A program made the translations under genes and the position numbers. A stretch of DNA of 64,000 nucleotides, taken from NCBI GenBank assembly GCA_973895155.1, contig OZ316897.1:9881832-9945831 (forward strand), written 5' to 3'. Source of the stretch: Marsupella aquatica. Lineage: Eukaryota; Plantae; Marchantiophyta. Of this stretch, positions 36,620 through 49,369 are shown in pieces; within the stretch, counting starts at the first letter, position 1; each line of letters opens with the position of its first letter. The notes under the pieces were generated by a model that had not been told where the DNA came from, made no database searches, and worked only from the letters and a program-made list of their open reading frames with translations.

Positions 36620-39600
36620 GTCTTCTCAATGGAAGCCATTGTACATTGTTGGTCCCATGATTGGATTCGATGGGTCTGTATAGGCGATGACTGTTTCATT
36701 CGTGCATTTATTTTCTTCAACATACTTCTGAACAATGCAAGACCTAAGTGCCTCCATGACTGATCGCCTCGTCTATACCATATACAGCGAACCAGGCAGG
36801 TGATGCAACGATTCACCATCGCACATCTCAAATCTTGCAGCTATTTTATTCATGTATGGAACCAACTCTGCAATCCAGTAATTTGATCTGCCAAGAGCGA
36901 GATCCTCGTTATCTCCGATTGAATTCGTCCAAGTTAACCTGCATGATTGTTGTTTCCTCTCAGGCCTTACCAACAAACTAGCCTCCCGTTTCTATGATGC
37001 CCCTCTCCAAGCGAAGACATGAATCCCTAGCAGTTCTTGGGGTATTGGTTCTTGCTGCTTTGTCGACACCTTTCAATTCCTGGAGCCTTTCTACTCCTAG
37101 ATTTGGAGGTCAATGTTCTGTGTTCCGCTAAATACCCCATCTGAGTGCCATTTGGGCCGGAGTTTTCTTATATTTGTATGCAAGCTCCGGAACTCAACAC
37201 ATTGCTGCAACCCTTCAGGACAGCCATCTTCTCTCCCCACTGAAACTGGTCACTCTCTCTTTCCTGCAACAATCCGATTGTATCTGATCATGGGATGTTC
37301 GATTATGCGGAGCATTATTAGCTCGCGAGAGTTACCAGCTCACAATTTATTGAGTCCAAGGGAACCACTCTAGACTGCAATAGTTACAACTAATTACAAG
37401 GTGAGTTCGCCCCAAGTACGACTAACAGCAGCTACATCCTTTACAGTAGTCAAGAACTCGTGATCGACCACGGCGAAGTGTTAGGATGGCACAGAGTCTC
37501 AACAATTTACTCCTTGGGTAATAATAATGGACTGTCAATGAGCTGTTAGATTGGTGACCATCATTTCGTTCAATTTCACGTTCTTGGAATGGAGTCTTTC
37601 GAACTCATGTTTCATCGTCGCTGGTCAGGTTCGGAACTGCCGGATTAGATTACTGTTGAGAGTAGTTGTAAACGGCGAAAATATGGACTGCTGCTGTGCA
37701 TTGTCCACACTCAGTAAGGGCGGTAGTGTGACCCAACTAGTGATCCCCAGGAGGGCGCTCTCCGTTTTTTACTCGAAAGATTTCCCTCACACATCCTCTC
37801 GCATTTTCAGTGCAGATAGGAACAGCGAAATCAGCTGCCCAGATAAGGTCGGCTTTCCTGTAGCTTGGCTAAGTGTGGAATTACAGTCCTTACAACTTGC
37901 GCTGACCTTAGATTATACGAGTAAGCTCTCCCCAACACGTTTCCCGTAGCTTGGCTACATATGGGATGACTGTCCTCACAACTTGACTAGACCTTGGATT
38001 ATAAAAATAAGCTCTCCCAACTATGACTACGAAAGTTCCTGTAGCCGGCGGGTCCCCAGCTAGTAGTATCGAGAGTGAATGTCCCTCAATCAATTGGTCC
38101 CTCAATCAATCGACCAATCACATAAGTCCTCAAAGTCTATTGATGCCATCTAGACACTGCTCTGTGCCCCTATTCTGTGTGCCTGAAGTAATCGATGGTT
38201 TCCTGCTTTGATTGCAAGGGAATTGCCAAAGATCTCGTGAAGAATTACTCGGACAATGCTTTGGTTCAGTTCATCGAGACCCTCGATCGCTCTTCTCTTG
38301 CTCTCTTGGACCGCATGTTTTACAACAGACGTCTGGCTGCATCGACCGTTGGTTTGACTTCCCTCTCGTTTGAATCACTTTCGTGCGCGGACTGTTTTCG
38401 AATTGTCAAGGATTTGCCTTCGTCCTCCGTTGTATCCTTTCACTGGAAATGATCACCACTTTCGACGAGGCTTGATTGAGGAGTACTTGTTCAACACTGG
38501 GCATCTTTGTCCTTTTGGCCTCATAGCCACTACTTTGATTGCCGGCTTGCTGCGGTTCTCCTCGACAAGGCCACACTTCTCTCAGGTCTAATCAATTGAC
38601 CGAGGAAGCAGCCTCCAGTGATGCACCAGTCCGGCAAAGAGATTTTGGGGCAAACTGGCACGGATTTGTGTTCCCCGTACCCAGAACGAGGCGACGTCAC
38701 GGCGCCGGCTGCGGGTGGAAGCCTCACCGATCGCCATCCACTCTGGCCACATCGAGAGGTGAAAATTATGTAGAACCGTGCCTCCTGACACGTTAATTCA
38801 TAGTTCCTGTTTCCCTCCTAGGAATCCATACTTGAAGCCAGTTTTAATACGTCTATTGACCAATTAGAAGGATGGCTCTGCTCCACTTTCGGAATTACTA
38901 GTGTTTTCAATTCAGCGTACGGTGGTCACTCCCTGAATTACCAGATGTCTTCTTCACTTTACATCGGATGTGATTTAGACGATTAATGAGCTTCCATGCT
39001 GTCCGGCAGGGGTACCTACTGAGTTGCAATTCTATTGGAACAACCACCTGTTCGGAATAGAGTTTGAACAGCTTTTTCTTCCATGGAGACAGTTGGTCGG
39101 CCCCCCTCATCCAATAGTTCTGGGTCAACGAGGATCAACGTACCGTTACGGCAGGTACTCCAAAATTGAGACTTTTGATCTGAGCTCTGTGAACTTTTCT
39201 GTCCAATGCTCCTTCTTTTTGGTCTGCTCATTTGGCCGCGTTCACCACGTCTAAGTCCTTCAGCAGTGGAAGTCTTCGTCAAATCAAGGTTCCAAAAAGC
39301 AACTCCAGTGAGGGCGTAGTTGCCACTTCTAGTGACAGCTCGATTCGTCCAACTGATAGATATGAAGAGTAGCTGCAACTCATTCATTGAGGTCCACCAT
39401 CTCATCTTCTTTGAAGTCCACAGCGCGAGAATCTCTACAACACAAGTGTCTAGGTTTCCGGTGCCAGGGCTTCTAATTTCCAAAGGCATTAACGATTTCC
39501 CCGAGAGTTCCGACTCCATATGGATTCAAACCAATACTAGGATCAAATCACTCTTTCAAATTTGCAAATTCTTGCACGATCAGAGTACTCTCGAAAGCCT

Positions 39601-39860
39601 TCAAAGGTAGTTGGGCGGCTACTTCGATTTGACAATTTCTTTCCTGTTTGAAAGTTAGACCGGATTTATATCAAAAGAAAGTAGACGCACGTGGTCCCAG
39701 CCTAAGCCATGGATGTGACAGAGCTAGGCATCAATGAATGTTAGCGTGAGATCCTTCACCATAGTTTCTTTTTGACAAAATCAAACTGGTTCTTCAAGTC
39801 TGAACTTTCTATCCGACAAGAGTACTCTAGAAAGCCTTTAAAGCCAGTTGTCTCTCAGAT
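36620..39860 (-). pseudogene. Decayed F-box/F-box-associated gene sequence (at least two F-box starts)
   Basis: Minus-strand fragments IEVAAQLPLKAF, LSE*FFTRSLAIPLQS, SWVTLPPL, MMVTNLTA, GTFVVIVGRAYFYNP and YWIAEL, with many stops and frameshifts. Confidence 0.5.
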
Positions 39861-39862
39861 TT

Positions 39863-40100
39863 AGCTTGATGTGATCTGAAAGACGAAAATCCGTTGCTAT
39901 GAATATGCTGGGTTCTTCTTGACAATGGCAATGATCATATGTTTTCATTTTTTAATCTACCACACCGTGCAATTGACATCTACCTGAGTTTCTGAACCGG
40001 TGCTGCTAGTTTCTGCGGCATCGTTGAATCCACTGTACCACCAGTCTTTGTTAGCGAGTTCTCCGCCTTCACACAACTCCATCTTAGTGTAGACGACTTG
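39863..40100 (-). pseudogene. Intronless fragment of a CPK16/18/28-clade calcium-dependent protein kinase
   Basis: VVYTKMELCEGGELANKD..YS..DAA, then in another frame RCQLHGVVD*KMK...IATDFRLSDHIK. Confidence 0.75.
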
Positions 40101-40565
40101 ATAATATGTAGCTAAATGAAGCACAGAATTGGAACACAATTCTACGCCGCAGTAGTCTGTCCAAGCTAGAATTGATTATCGTCTGATATACGCATATCGT
40201 CAGGAGCATCTGCTTGTTTTCTAAAGCTTTCGAAGCCACTTTGGACCAAATAAGCAGATCATTGCCAGAATTCAGTTCAAACATTGTGACACCACAGCTA
40301 TTTTGTGCTTTCTTTGAAGTTATATTGACAACCAATTTGGTGCGGTTGGAGACAACAGTATTCGCTCAATATCTTCTTCTTTGTGTTCCTTTTGGGAGGC
40401 AGCTTGCTAGCTTTTGTGATCGAAAGTAGTCATACCCATGCAAACCCCAATGACTGAACAGAGTGTGGTTGATGTCAAGGGTGTTATTCTCTCTGTGGCA
40501 TCTTGCTTGATACAGTATAAGAGCATAGTCCATGACGTCTCTCTGTTTCTGACTTGTGCTCTTAG

Positions 40566-43500
40566 GTGAACAACTCCTTATATGAAATATACAGAGCAGA
40601 GGGTAAGCCGACCGTACAGATTCTGTTTTTTCATGGCGTACAATCAGTGGAGGACTCGGATGCTCATGTGTCGACGTGGAAGTCCGAAGATGGCTCTGTT
40701 ATTTGGCCACGGGAATGGTTAGGTGAGGCCTTTCCTGGCGCTCATATTTTCACCGTGTCTTACAATGAAAGCATTCGAAACTTGGACATGTTTTTAGTGG
40801 GAGAAAACTTGACTTCGGATTTGATGGATGACGGAATTGGGCAAGTGCCTGATTGCCCAGTTATCTTGGTAGGCTACTGTGTTGGGGGCTTGGTTCTTAA
40901 GCAGACATGCTTGCAAGCAAGGAAGAAGTTCCATTCTGGTAAAACTTCCGCAGTTGAAAGGAAGAAGCTTAAGATGTTTCTGGACAATGTGAGGGGAGTT
41001 TTTTATTACGGTACACCTCATCGTGGGAGCTCTGTAATTGCTAACGTAGCTGATGGCCCGTTGTTCGAATACTTTAAGGTGTTAAATGAAAAAGCAGCAC
41101 GGTTGAATTCAGAGTTTGACGACTTACTGGTATCATATCCAAAGTGGAAGGTCCATGGACTTGGGGAAGGTCTCCCTACAAAATCGGTAAACATTAATAC
41201 TGTGTTTTAATGCTTATCTAATAGCTCGAAAGATTTTCTGTCGCTGTACGGAGTGTCTAGCTTTGTGTATGACATTGTCAATTCATAGAATTGTTTCTGA
41301 AGTGAATATGGCGTTGGAGTGTACTCATTCTAGCATGATTTGAAATCATAGCAAGGAAAGTCTCCGTTAGTTGAAAGATGTGTATTGATATTTATCCTCA
41401 TGTCTTTAGTGCAATCTCGTGTATTATCCTGCCCCCTACTGCGCAGGGCATCTTCCGGGGCCACGTGGTAGTACCTGAAGCTGCTTCAAGAGAAGGGGTG
41501 GAGTTCAATATCGTTGATGCAGATCATAATACCATTTGTCAGCCACCCAGTAAAATGGACAGGAGATTCTATGCTCTGAGAAACCTCATCCATAGCGTTG
41601 TCACCAACATGGAGGTTAGTGGGCTAAATATCATGTATACACACCTGTAATTGTAGTGAGTTGTATTGTGTGTCGTTAACACAACCCAAATCTGATCTCC
41701 CAAATTGCAACTGATCTGGATGCCTATTGGCTTTTGCTGTTGTAAAATCAGGAAGAAACCAAGGTCCAAGAAGCTCGTCCACAAAATTTTCAACGTCCAC
41801 AAAATTTTCAACCTTTGCCAAAGGACATAGTTGGTATGGAAATCGTGCACAGCATTGTGGCCAAGTTATCCGACGCGAGGAAGCTAGGCTTAACAGGGAT
41901 GGGAGGATTAGGGAAGACCACTTTCTCGAAGGCGGTCTTCAATCATTTGTGCTCAAAGTTTGAGTATACTTGTTTTGTTTCAAATATGAAGGTTGTTGCT
42001 GGGACAGAGCAGGCTGCAAAGGATGCGGTGTGGGAACACATGCATCACCACGGCAAGAAAGTCGAAAGAGGGAAAAGTTGGGGTAGTCTCCGAGGCCGAG
42101 AATTATTGCTTGTTTTAGATGACATCTCTCTGAACGATGTAAAAGTTTTACTGGAATTAGCTGATGTTTCAGCTCCAGAAAGTAGATTCATTGCGACCTC
42201 TCGTAATGAAGACCATTTGGGCAGCTTGGATAGAGTTTTTGTTGTTCCTTTCTTGTACAGTACGAACGCAGAAGCATTATTCATCAAGTGTGCGTTTCCA
42301 AACCAAGCAGTACCACCCCTGGAGTTGCAAACTGTTATGAAAGATATTATCAGTAAGTGTGGTGGGTTGCCTCTTACATTGGAAGTTCTAGGAAAGTACT
42401 TGAAGAGGAAAAGAGACGTCGAGCACTGGGAGCAGACTCTGAGTGCACTCAAAAACGCAGAGGAAATAAGCAGCTTGAATGAGAGGTTATGGGAAAAACT
42501 ACGGCTGAGTTTTGATGATCTGACCGATATTGAGCAGCAGATGTTCTTGGATGCTGCGACGTATTTCTCCACGAGCAAAGGATATGGTTTGAGGGTATGG
42601 ACGTTAAGAGAAGCCAAGGTAGCATGGGGGGCAGCTTATGGTGGAAGCGAACAGCTACTTTGGCAAACATTGGTGGACAGATCTCTTGTATACTCGGTCG
42701 GCGAAAATGACGCTATCAAACTACATGAACAGCTGCAGAGCTTGGGACAAAAGATAGCACGTGAGGCAAGTAATATAGGCAAGTCCAGGGTTTGGGACGG
42801 GGAGGTGGGATTCAAAATGCTCCAAACTACCACCGAAGAGTTGGATGGACAGGTACGTCGCATAATGAAATGTTCGGGACAAATATGATGTGTTCTTGAA
42901 GGTTATGTGGCTTGCATTTGAGAAGTAGCTGCTGTTATGCAGAGTAGAAATTATGAGTTTGAGAAGTAGCTGCTGTTATGCAGAGTAGAAATTATGAGTT
43001 TGAGAAGTATTTGTTCAATCGTGGCAGATCTGGGATGTGCTGGTCAATTGGTTTCCATGTCCACATAACCATGACGAAGGTTGTCCTTTTAAAGGATATT
43101 TTTCTGAGCCGACTAGTGTTGTGGATCTGACATGCAGGGAATTCACGCCTTTCGGGTGCGTTCATGGCCTGGCACAGAGATCACCCTCGACTGCATCCAG
43201 CTGCCCAAAACCATTCTTTCTAGACTCAAGAAAGTGCAGTTCTTGGAGGCAACCCGTCGGGTCACAATTGATGGCTCCAGGGATGGTGCGTCAGTACCAA
43301 CCGAGGTTGTCTTGCTCAGATGTGTTGAACAAGACCTTTTCAACCCAGCTCTCCAGACTCGCTTGGCCGTTTTGGATCTGGAGTGGTGGGTGCGGCGAGA
43401 CCCACTTCCCCCTTCTATTGGGCAACTGGAGTGCTTAAAGGATCTCAAGATCACAGGCTATAAAGCGCGAACGGTTCCGAGTGCCTTCGGGCAACTCAGA

Positions 43501-44571
43501 TCCTTGCAACGGCTCACCTTTTCTACTTCGTTGTCCTTGGAAAGTTTGCCAGAATCCTTTGGACAATTGGCCTCCTTGAACTATCTTAAATTCGATGCGT
43601 GCTTCGCGTTGCACAGCTTGCCAGATTCCTTTGGACAATTGTCCTCCTTGAATTATCTTGATTTCTATTCCTGCATTAGTTTGCACAGCTTGCCGGAATC
43701 CTTCGGGCAGCTCAAGGCGTTGCAGCTGCTGCAATTACGGATGTGTCCACTATTGAGAAGCCTTCCTGAATCCTTTCGGCAACTTGTCACATTAACCGAC
43801 CTGGAATTACGATGCGAAAATTTGCGCTACCTCCCTGAATCCCTCGCCCATCTCACCAAACTGGAACGGCTGGCCATAGACGTCGACATGGAGACGTTGC
43901 CGGATTTCGTCGGAGACTTCAAGGCTCTGCATGATCTGGAAATTGGTTATTATTCTGCTACAAGCATTCCAGACTCGATCAAATTTTTGCCGTCATTGCA
44001 GACTTTTACGCTCGTCTTTCGACATGATCTGGTGGAGCCACTGCCACCATGGTTGAAGACATGGAAGGTGCCGAGTATACGTGTAGGGAACATAATGGGC
44101 TTTATTAGTATAGGAGTTGGATGCTTCTTTTGTGAAGACACCGGAATCAATTGGTATCTAGACTCATGCGAGCTCAGTCGTGAACTCCGTCCCGAAGAGT
44201 CCCGGAGAGGAGCCTTAGTGAGGCACGCACTAGTGTGTACCAGAGTATTGCTAGAGATATTAATGGAGGAGCTCGAGGAGTTCGAAAGCAATAAGTCAGG
44301 GTCCCTTTCTGACTTAGTGATAAGGCAGCGAAAGTTAGGATTACAATTAGTCGAGAGTTGTCAAAAACAGAAAGCTTTAGCCTTCCAATTAATCGAGAGT
44401 TGCAAAAATCAGGACCCAGTGCTTGATGAGTTAATAAGGAGAAGGCACGTAGAATTATGGGAGATAGTCGGCAGAATTATGCGAAGCAGAAGGCATTTAG
44501 AGGCAGTTTCTCATTTAGAGGCAGTTTCTCATTTAGAGGCTAAAAGTGGGAGACGGTGCTCACTCTTTTAA
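40566..44571 (+). CDS. Alpha/beta-hydrolase-NB-ARC-LRR immune receptor, copy A (start codon not resolved)
   Basis: Phase-0 exons 40566-41186, 41447-41614, 41752-42852 and 43138-44571. SERAC1-like hydrolase (FFHG, WPREWL, GTPHRGS, DH..IC.P); P-loop GMGGLGKTT, LLVLDD, SRFIATSR, GGLPL and LHE; about 9 LPESFGQL-type LRRs. Confidence 0.9.
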
Positions 44572-46534
44572 TGAGAAGGAGAGAAGGCAGTTAAGCAGAC
44601 AGAGAAAAGTTGGAGTCAGTTTCCAAACTGGACATATTTCACTTGTTATTAATTACCTTTTTATTAAACATTCTCCAATTACTTTGTATTCAAATTTTTA
44701 TGTGTCAGATGTCTTAAATTATTGCAAAATGAAGCTCTGATAGACCTCTAGGTGTGTCAAAATGCTCCCATGGATTTTTCAACTTAGATGGACCCTTTGT
44801 ACTCACAATGTGATAGCTAGGGAATATTCCCAAAGAATCAGTAGAGAATATTCCCAAAGAATTAGTCTATCCCAATTGTATGGTTTTTGTCGCCCATCGC
44901 CGTCTCTTCAAGATTTTTCCAACACCATATTATACGTGAATTTTCATTATGATTTGACGCAGCAATGTCTAATCAAAAATTCCTATCGGGAAAATTTTAT
45001 GTTTTGAATAAAATCAAAATGTAAATAAAACTGTTACTGTTTTATCTCAATCTTTTTGTTTTTTGATTTGCATGTCAATTTTTTTTACATTCTTTTTTAT
45101 TGCATGGCGTCCCCGCTTTTACAGCAAACTTGCCACAAACACGAATGTAGAAGTTAATTTTATCCAAAAACAAGTCTCGTCCTGTTTGCAGCGTGCCATG
45201 ATGATGTGGCATGCTGTGGAGCCAGGAATTTTGCAAAGGACCCCTAGTGGGGATAGGTAATGAATAGTAGTTACTTATTATTGCTTTTTGTATTTTCTAC
45301 CACCTATCCCCATTGTTGGATTTCTGTGCAATTCATGCAAAGAAAACCCTTGCTTACTTTGCTCCTGCTCATCCCCTCCAATTTGGCTGGCCCACTCTTG
45401 TGTTCCTAGGCCTATTCCCCCTGGTCAAGGGTGAACAAGGGTTGAGGTTAACTTGACAACAGTGACGGCCCTCCAATGATAAAAAACTCACAAGAATGAT
45501 GTTGACGGTTTGATCATTCCAGACTAACCGGAGTTAGTATTCTTAACCAACATTGAGAAAGGTGTGAATGTAGTGGGAGCCATTGAGAAAGGTGTGAATG
45601 TAGTGAATCAAATGAGTGGCAAATTGTGTAATTCAGCAAGCACAAGGAACAAATCTCAGAAAATTATTTTCTTTCCACAGTTTGAAAGCTGCACAAGAGC
45701 ACAAACCAAACACATCCCCCAACAACAAGGATCACGAGGCCAGGTTCTAATACAAATCCTTTGAATTTACAGGATCTACAGATGCACTCCCCACGTACCA
45801 ATGGGTTAATGGGTTACTCTTATGGTTAGAGGAAATTGGAAGACAAAAGAGATTTATTCAATTATAAAACTGATCATTCAATCCTTCCTCTACTAAACCC
45901 ACCAACTTAACCAAAAATTACATGACTAGCTTCATGACTAGCTTCATGACCATGCATTGCACAAAAGATGTTGAGAAGAGAGACAGGTGTTGAGGAGAGG
46001 CAAAGATATCATAGGGAAGGAAAAATGTTGAGGTGAGACAAAGATATCAAGGAGAAATACAAGTGAGACAAGAAAGTTGTTAAGGCATGTACGTTATGTG
46101 TTGTTGTAGCCATTTTGTCATCTTGGTCATGCAATTGTTGTGGCCATGGGGTCATTGTTGTGATCATTGTGACCATGGTGTCAGGCTAAGGCAAAGCAAT
46201 ACACGTGCATGCGGGTGAGGTAAGAAAGTAGTTGAGGTATCTTATGTGTCACTACAACCATGGAGTTGTTACAACCTTGGAACCATGTTGTCAATGCCAG
46301 GCATGGAACCTTGGAACCATGTGGTCATTGCTTGCATGTTACATGATTGTTGTTGCAGTTGGGTAAACTAATCCAATCGAGTTTCCCTCCCCCTCCCCAT
46401 TCTTGTTGTACAAAAATGTCGAGGAGAGGTAAAGAATTGCAAGTGAGACAAAGACATGAGACAATTGGGTCATTGGTCATCTATGCACTAAGAAATTCTG
46501 GTATAGTTTGCATATCACAATTTCAATGATGAAA

Positions 46535-46745
46535 TTGTCTCATATGCAACACCTTGTGATCTATTTAATCCCTTGTGAATCGTTAGTTCTATAGTCACCT
46601 GCCCCAAACCTTTCCCAGAGAATGAATCAATCTACAAAGCAATCAAGAATAGAGGACTGAAGAACATAAGCTGCAGCTGACCTCACCAAAGGCAAGTTCA
46701 GAATCTGGTGTTTAATGTTTCAAACTAGCTTTGTTACAAACTTTC
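46535..46745. repeat. Segment duplicated at about 57488-57715, marking the start of the approx. 11-kb tandem units
   Basis: Shared TTGTCTCAT.TGCAACACC, GCCCCAAACCTTTC.CAGAGAATGAATCAA and GCAAGTTCAGAATCTGGT. Confidence 0.8.
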
Positions 46746-46769
46746 ATGTTAAAAGTAGACGTCCACGAG

Positions 46770-48170
46770 GTACCTGCAGTTTATGAACTGATCATTAGTC
46801 AACTGAGGTATGTGTCCTGGGACTTTCAGGAGTTCTGCTTCTCACTTCAACTGCAATTTTCAGAACGCCCACCAGGAACCTGCAATTTATGGTCAAACTG
46901 ATCATTAGTCCACTGAGGTATGCGTCCTGGGACTTTTAGGAGTTCTACTTCTCACTTCAATTGCAATTTTCAGAACGCCCACCAGGAACCTGCAGTTTAT
47001 GAACTGATCATTAGCCAACTGAGGCACACATGCCATTGGCACGCCCGATACTATGCTTTCGATGATGGAATTCCAACCGCAATGCGTTACAAAGCCTCCG
47101 ACAACAGGGTGTTGCAAAATTTGGAGTTGCTGCATCCAGCCCCTGACCATCAATCCCTTTTCTCTCGTTCGTGCTTCAAAATTCAAGGGGAGTGCGTCTG
47201 CAATGGCTCGCGATGCCACCATCAGAAAACTTTGCTCAGTAGCCTCCCTCTACTTGATGGGGAGATATATCAACTACAACAGTCCCGAGGCAGATATAAA
47301 CCACTGGCAGAGGCGACTGTCCATCGAGCCATTGCAAAGAAGCAATTCCTCGTTTTTCATCTGGCACCTGAAGAGATCGATCCTTGAAGTTGGCAACATT
47401 TGAAATGGGCCCAACCAAAATAATTTCGGGATCTTGCCTGGACACACGTCTTTCCGAATCTGTTGTATTGCGTCAATCTGAGGGGCTTCCAATTCGTAGA
47501 AGGTGTTCACAATCACGCCATCAGCTTTGTTTATATTACTTGCTACCTCACGGTATCGGAGGGGGTTTGGATTGTCCTGGGAAGTCCTCGGCGGAGGTTT
47601 CAGCATTTCTTGATACACTAATGGTGGGAGACCAGGTACGGTCAAAAAGCCCTCAAATTCTTTGAGATATGGAGCTGTCCCTGGCTCGCACTTGATGACC
47701 AAAGACCCGTCACCAATCAGCGAAAACTGTGCTTGTAGTCCTCTCACATGGGTCGCTCCACAGCTGAAAAACTGACAAAAATGAATGTTGAACTCCTTTG
47801 GCTGCATCTATGACCCACGTCAAGAACCGATCTGCGATGACGCCGCAGGTAGGTCCAGGAATTTCTCCGTTCCCATCCGCCACCAACTAGTCAAGGACGG
47901 GCTGGAAGTGGCTTCTTGCTGCAGCCATTTCATTGCGCATGTCCAATATACTGTTTCCACTTTGGATGGAACCTTCAGTCCCAAAATACTGGTACGAAAT
48001 TACATTGAAGGCAAGTCCTTACAAGTCGTCGAAAGCCCAACGAGCGCGATCAACTTCCGGAACTCACCAAAGTGACAGTGATGTCTCTCCTCGCAATCTC
48101 CAATGTATATCCCAACGAAATGGGCCTGCATGAACACCGGTACAACCAATGCATGTTGTTTTCTACCCAT
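46770..48170 (-). pseudogene. Family-1 UDP-glycosyltransferase pseudogene
   Basis: Starts MGRKQHALVVPV..AH; contains VPGLPPL, ADGVIVNTFYELE, LQWLDGQ..VVYI.LG and the PSPG box W..QLQILQHPVVGGFVTHCGWNSIIES..GVP..DQ. It is split over three or more frames, and the 3' end is replaced by an approx. 108-bp tandem duplication. Confidence 0.9.
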
Positions 48171-49369
48171 GGTAATATCTGGACTGAATCCGCCTCTTTA
48201 GCCGTTAGCCAAGCTGCTTCAATTGTTCTCGCTCGATCGGCTGCCTCGTGAATACAGAGCAACACAATTGCACGTTTTCAACCAGAAAATTAAGCCTTGG
48301 ATCGATAAACAAATCAAGTATTGACCCTCCTAAACAATCCCACTGGTCCGTGTCATGTGGTTGCTGAGTGGATTCTTTTCTCCCGGTTGTTGTCACTGCT
48401 GCCCGCAAGCAGGTAAGAAGGTGCGCAAGGCGTTGCAAGTGCCGTGTATCCGTGTCGGGAGGGTGGATATATCGTGTAAGGTTTCGGCCAATCAACCATA
48501 GCGTGATATAAATGCTGCAATAGGAAGCTCGAAGTATGGCAGTGACCACATACCCTCGCCGAGGTTTGCGCTCTCTTGTCTCTTCTTTACAACAACCTAT
48601 TCAGTCCTCGCGAATATAAACTGGCATCGAACACTTTGAATAATTGCGATCAGCTGACGTTTCTTTTAAAAAAGCCACAAAAGGGGACCTCAAGCTTTTT
48701 CGACTTTATGTCAGAATGAAAGCTCTAATAAGAGGTGTGATCTTCCCTAGTGCTCGTCCCCACAAAATATGCGTTACGAAATAGCCAGCAACAACAGCAA
48801 TTCTCTATTAAGGAAAAGGCCTTTACTTTTCATTGGTTTGCGAAATTACTGGCAGCAACTTTCTACCCACTGGCTCTAAGAACAAATGCCTCCAGATAGC
48901 TCCATTGTTCACGACTTCGATGAATTCTTTAAAGTCTACTAGCCGCCAGACAGGTAGCACAGGGCACTCACTCTCAAACTAGTCGAGGAAGGGCGTTTAA
49001 ATTGCCAATCTTTTCTTCCCATGAATAGAATGTTTGAGGCAAAGTACACTGTTTGGGAGAGGGACAACATTAGCCAGAGAAAGTGCCTCATGCTTCGTGG
49101 CAGAGTGTTCCTTCATCTCTTCCACTAGGAAATCTCCGAATGGTCCACCTCCATCAACTTGACAGTTACAGTTTACAGAGGTTTAGTCAGGTAACATTCA
49201 TAAGTCTGGCTGACAATTATGACTAATATCTGCAACAGACTCGAAACTTCAGTCCTACTTGTGGTGACCTTGTATTTACTAAAGTAACCTCTCCTCAACT
49301 ACCACTATAAAACTTACTGTACCCAGCCGGTCCACAAGCTACAGAAGTACTGGTACCATTACTGTAGTG

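Noticed and set aside
40438-40565. Start exon of the hydrolase-NLRs
   Set aside because: Candidate ATGs are not conserved in frame between copies A and B, so no start is called.
44743-46350. Possible MITE or LTR fragments downstream of NLR A (weak inverted ends, short tandem duplications)
   Set aside because: Termini and TSDs are not convincing by eye.
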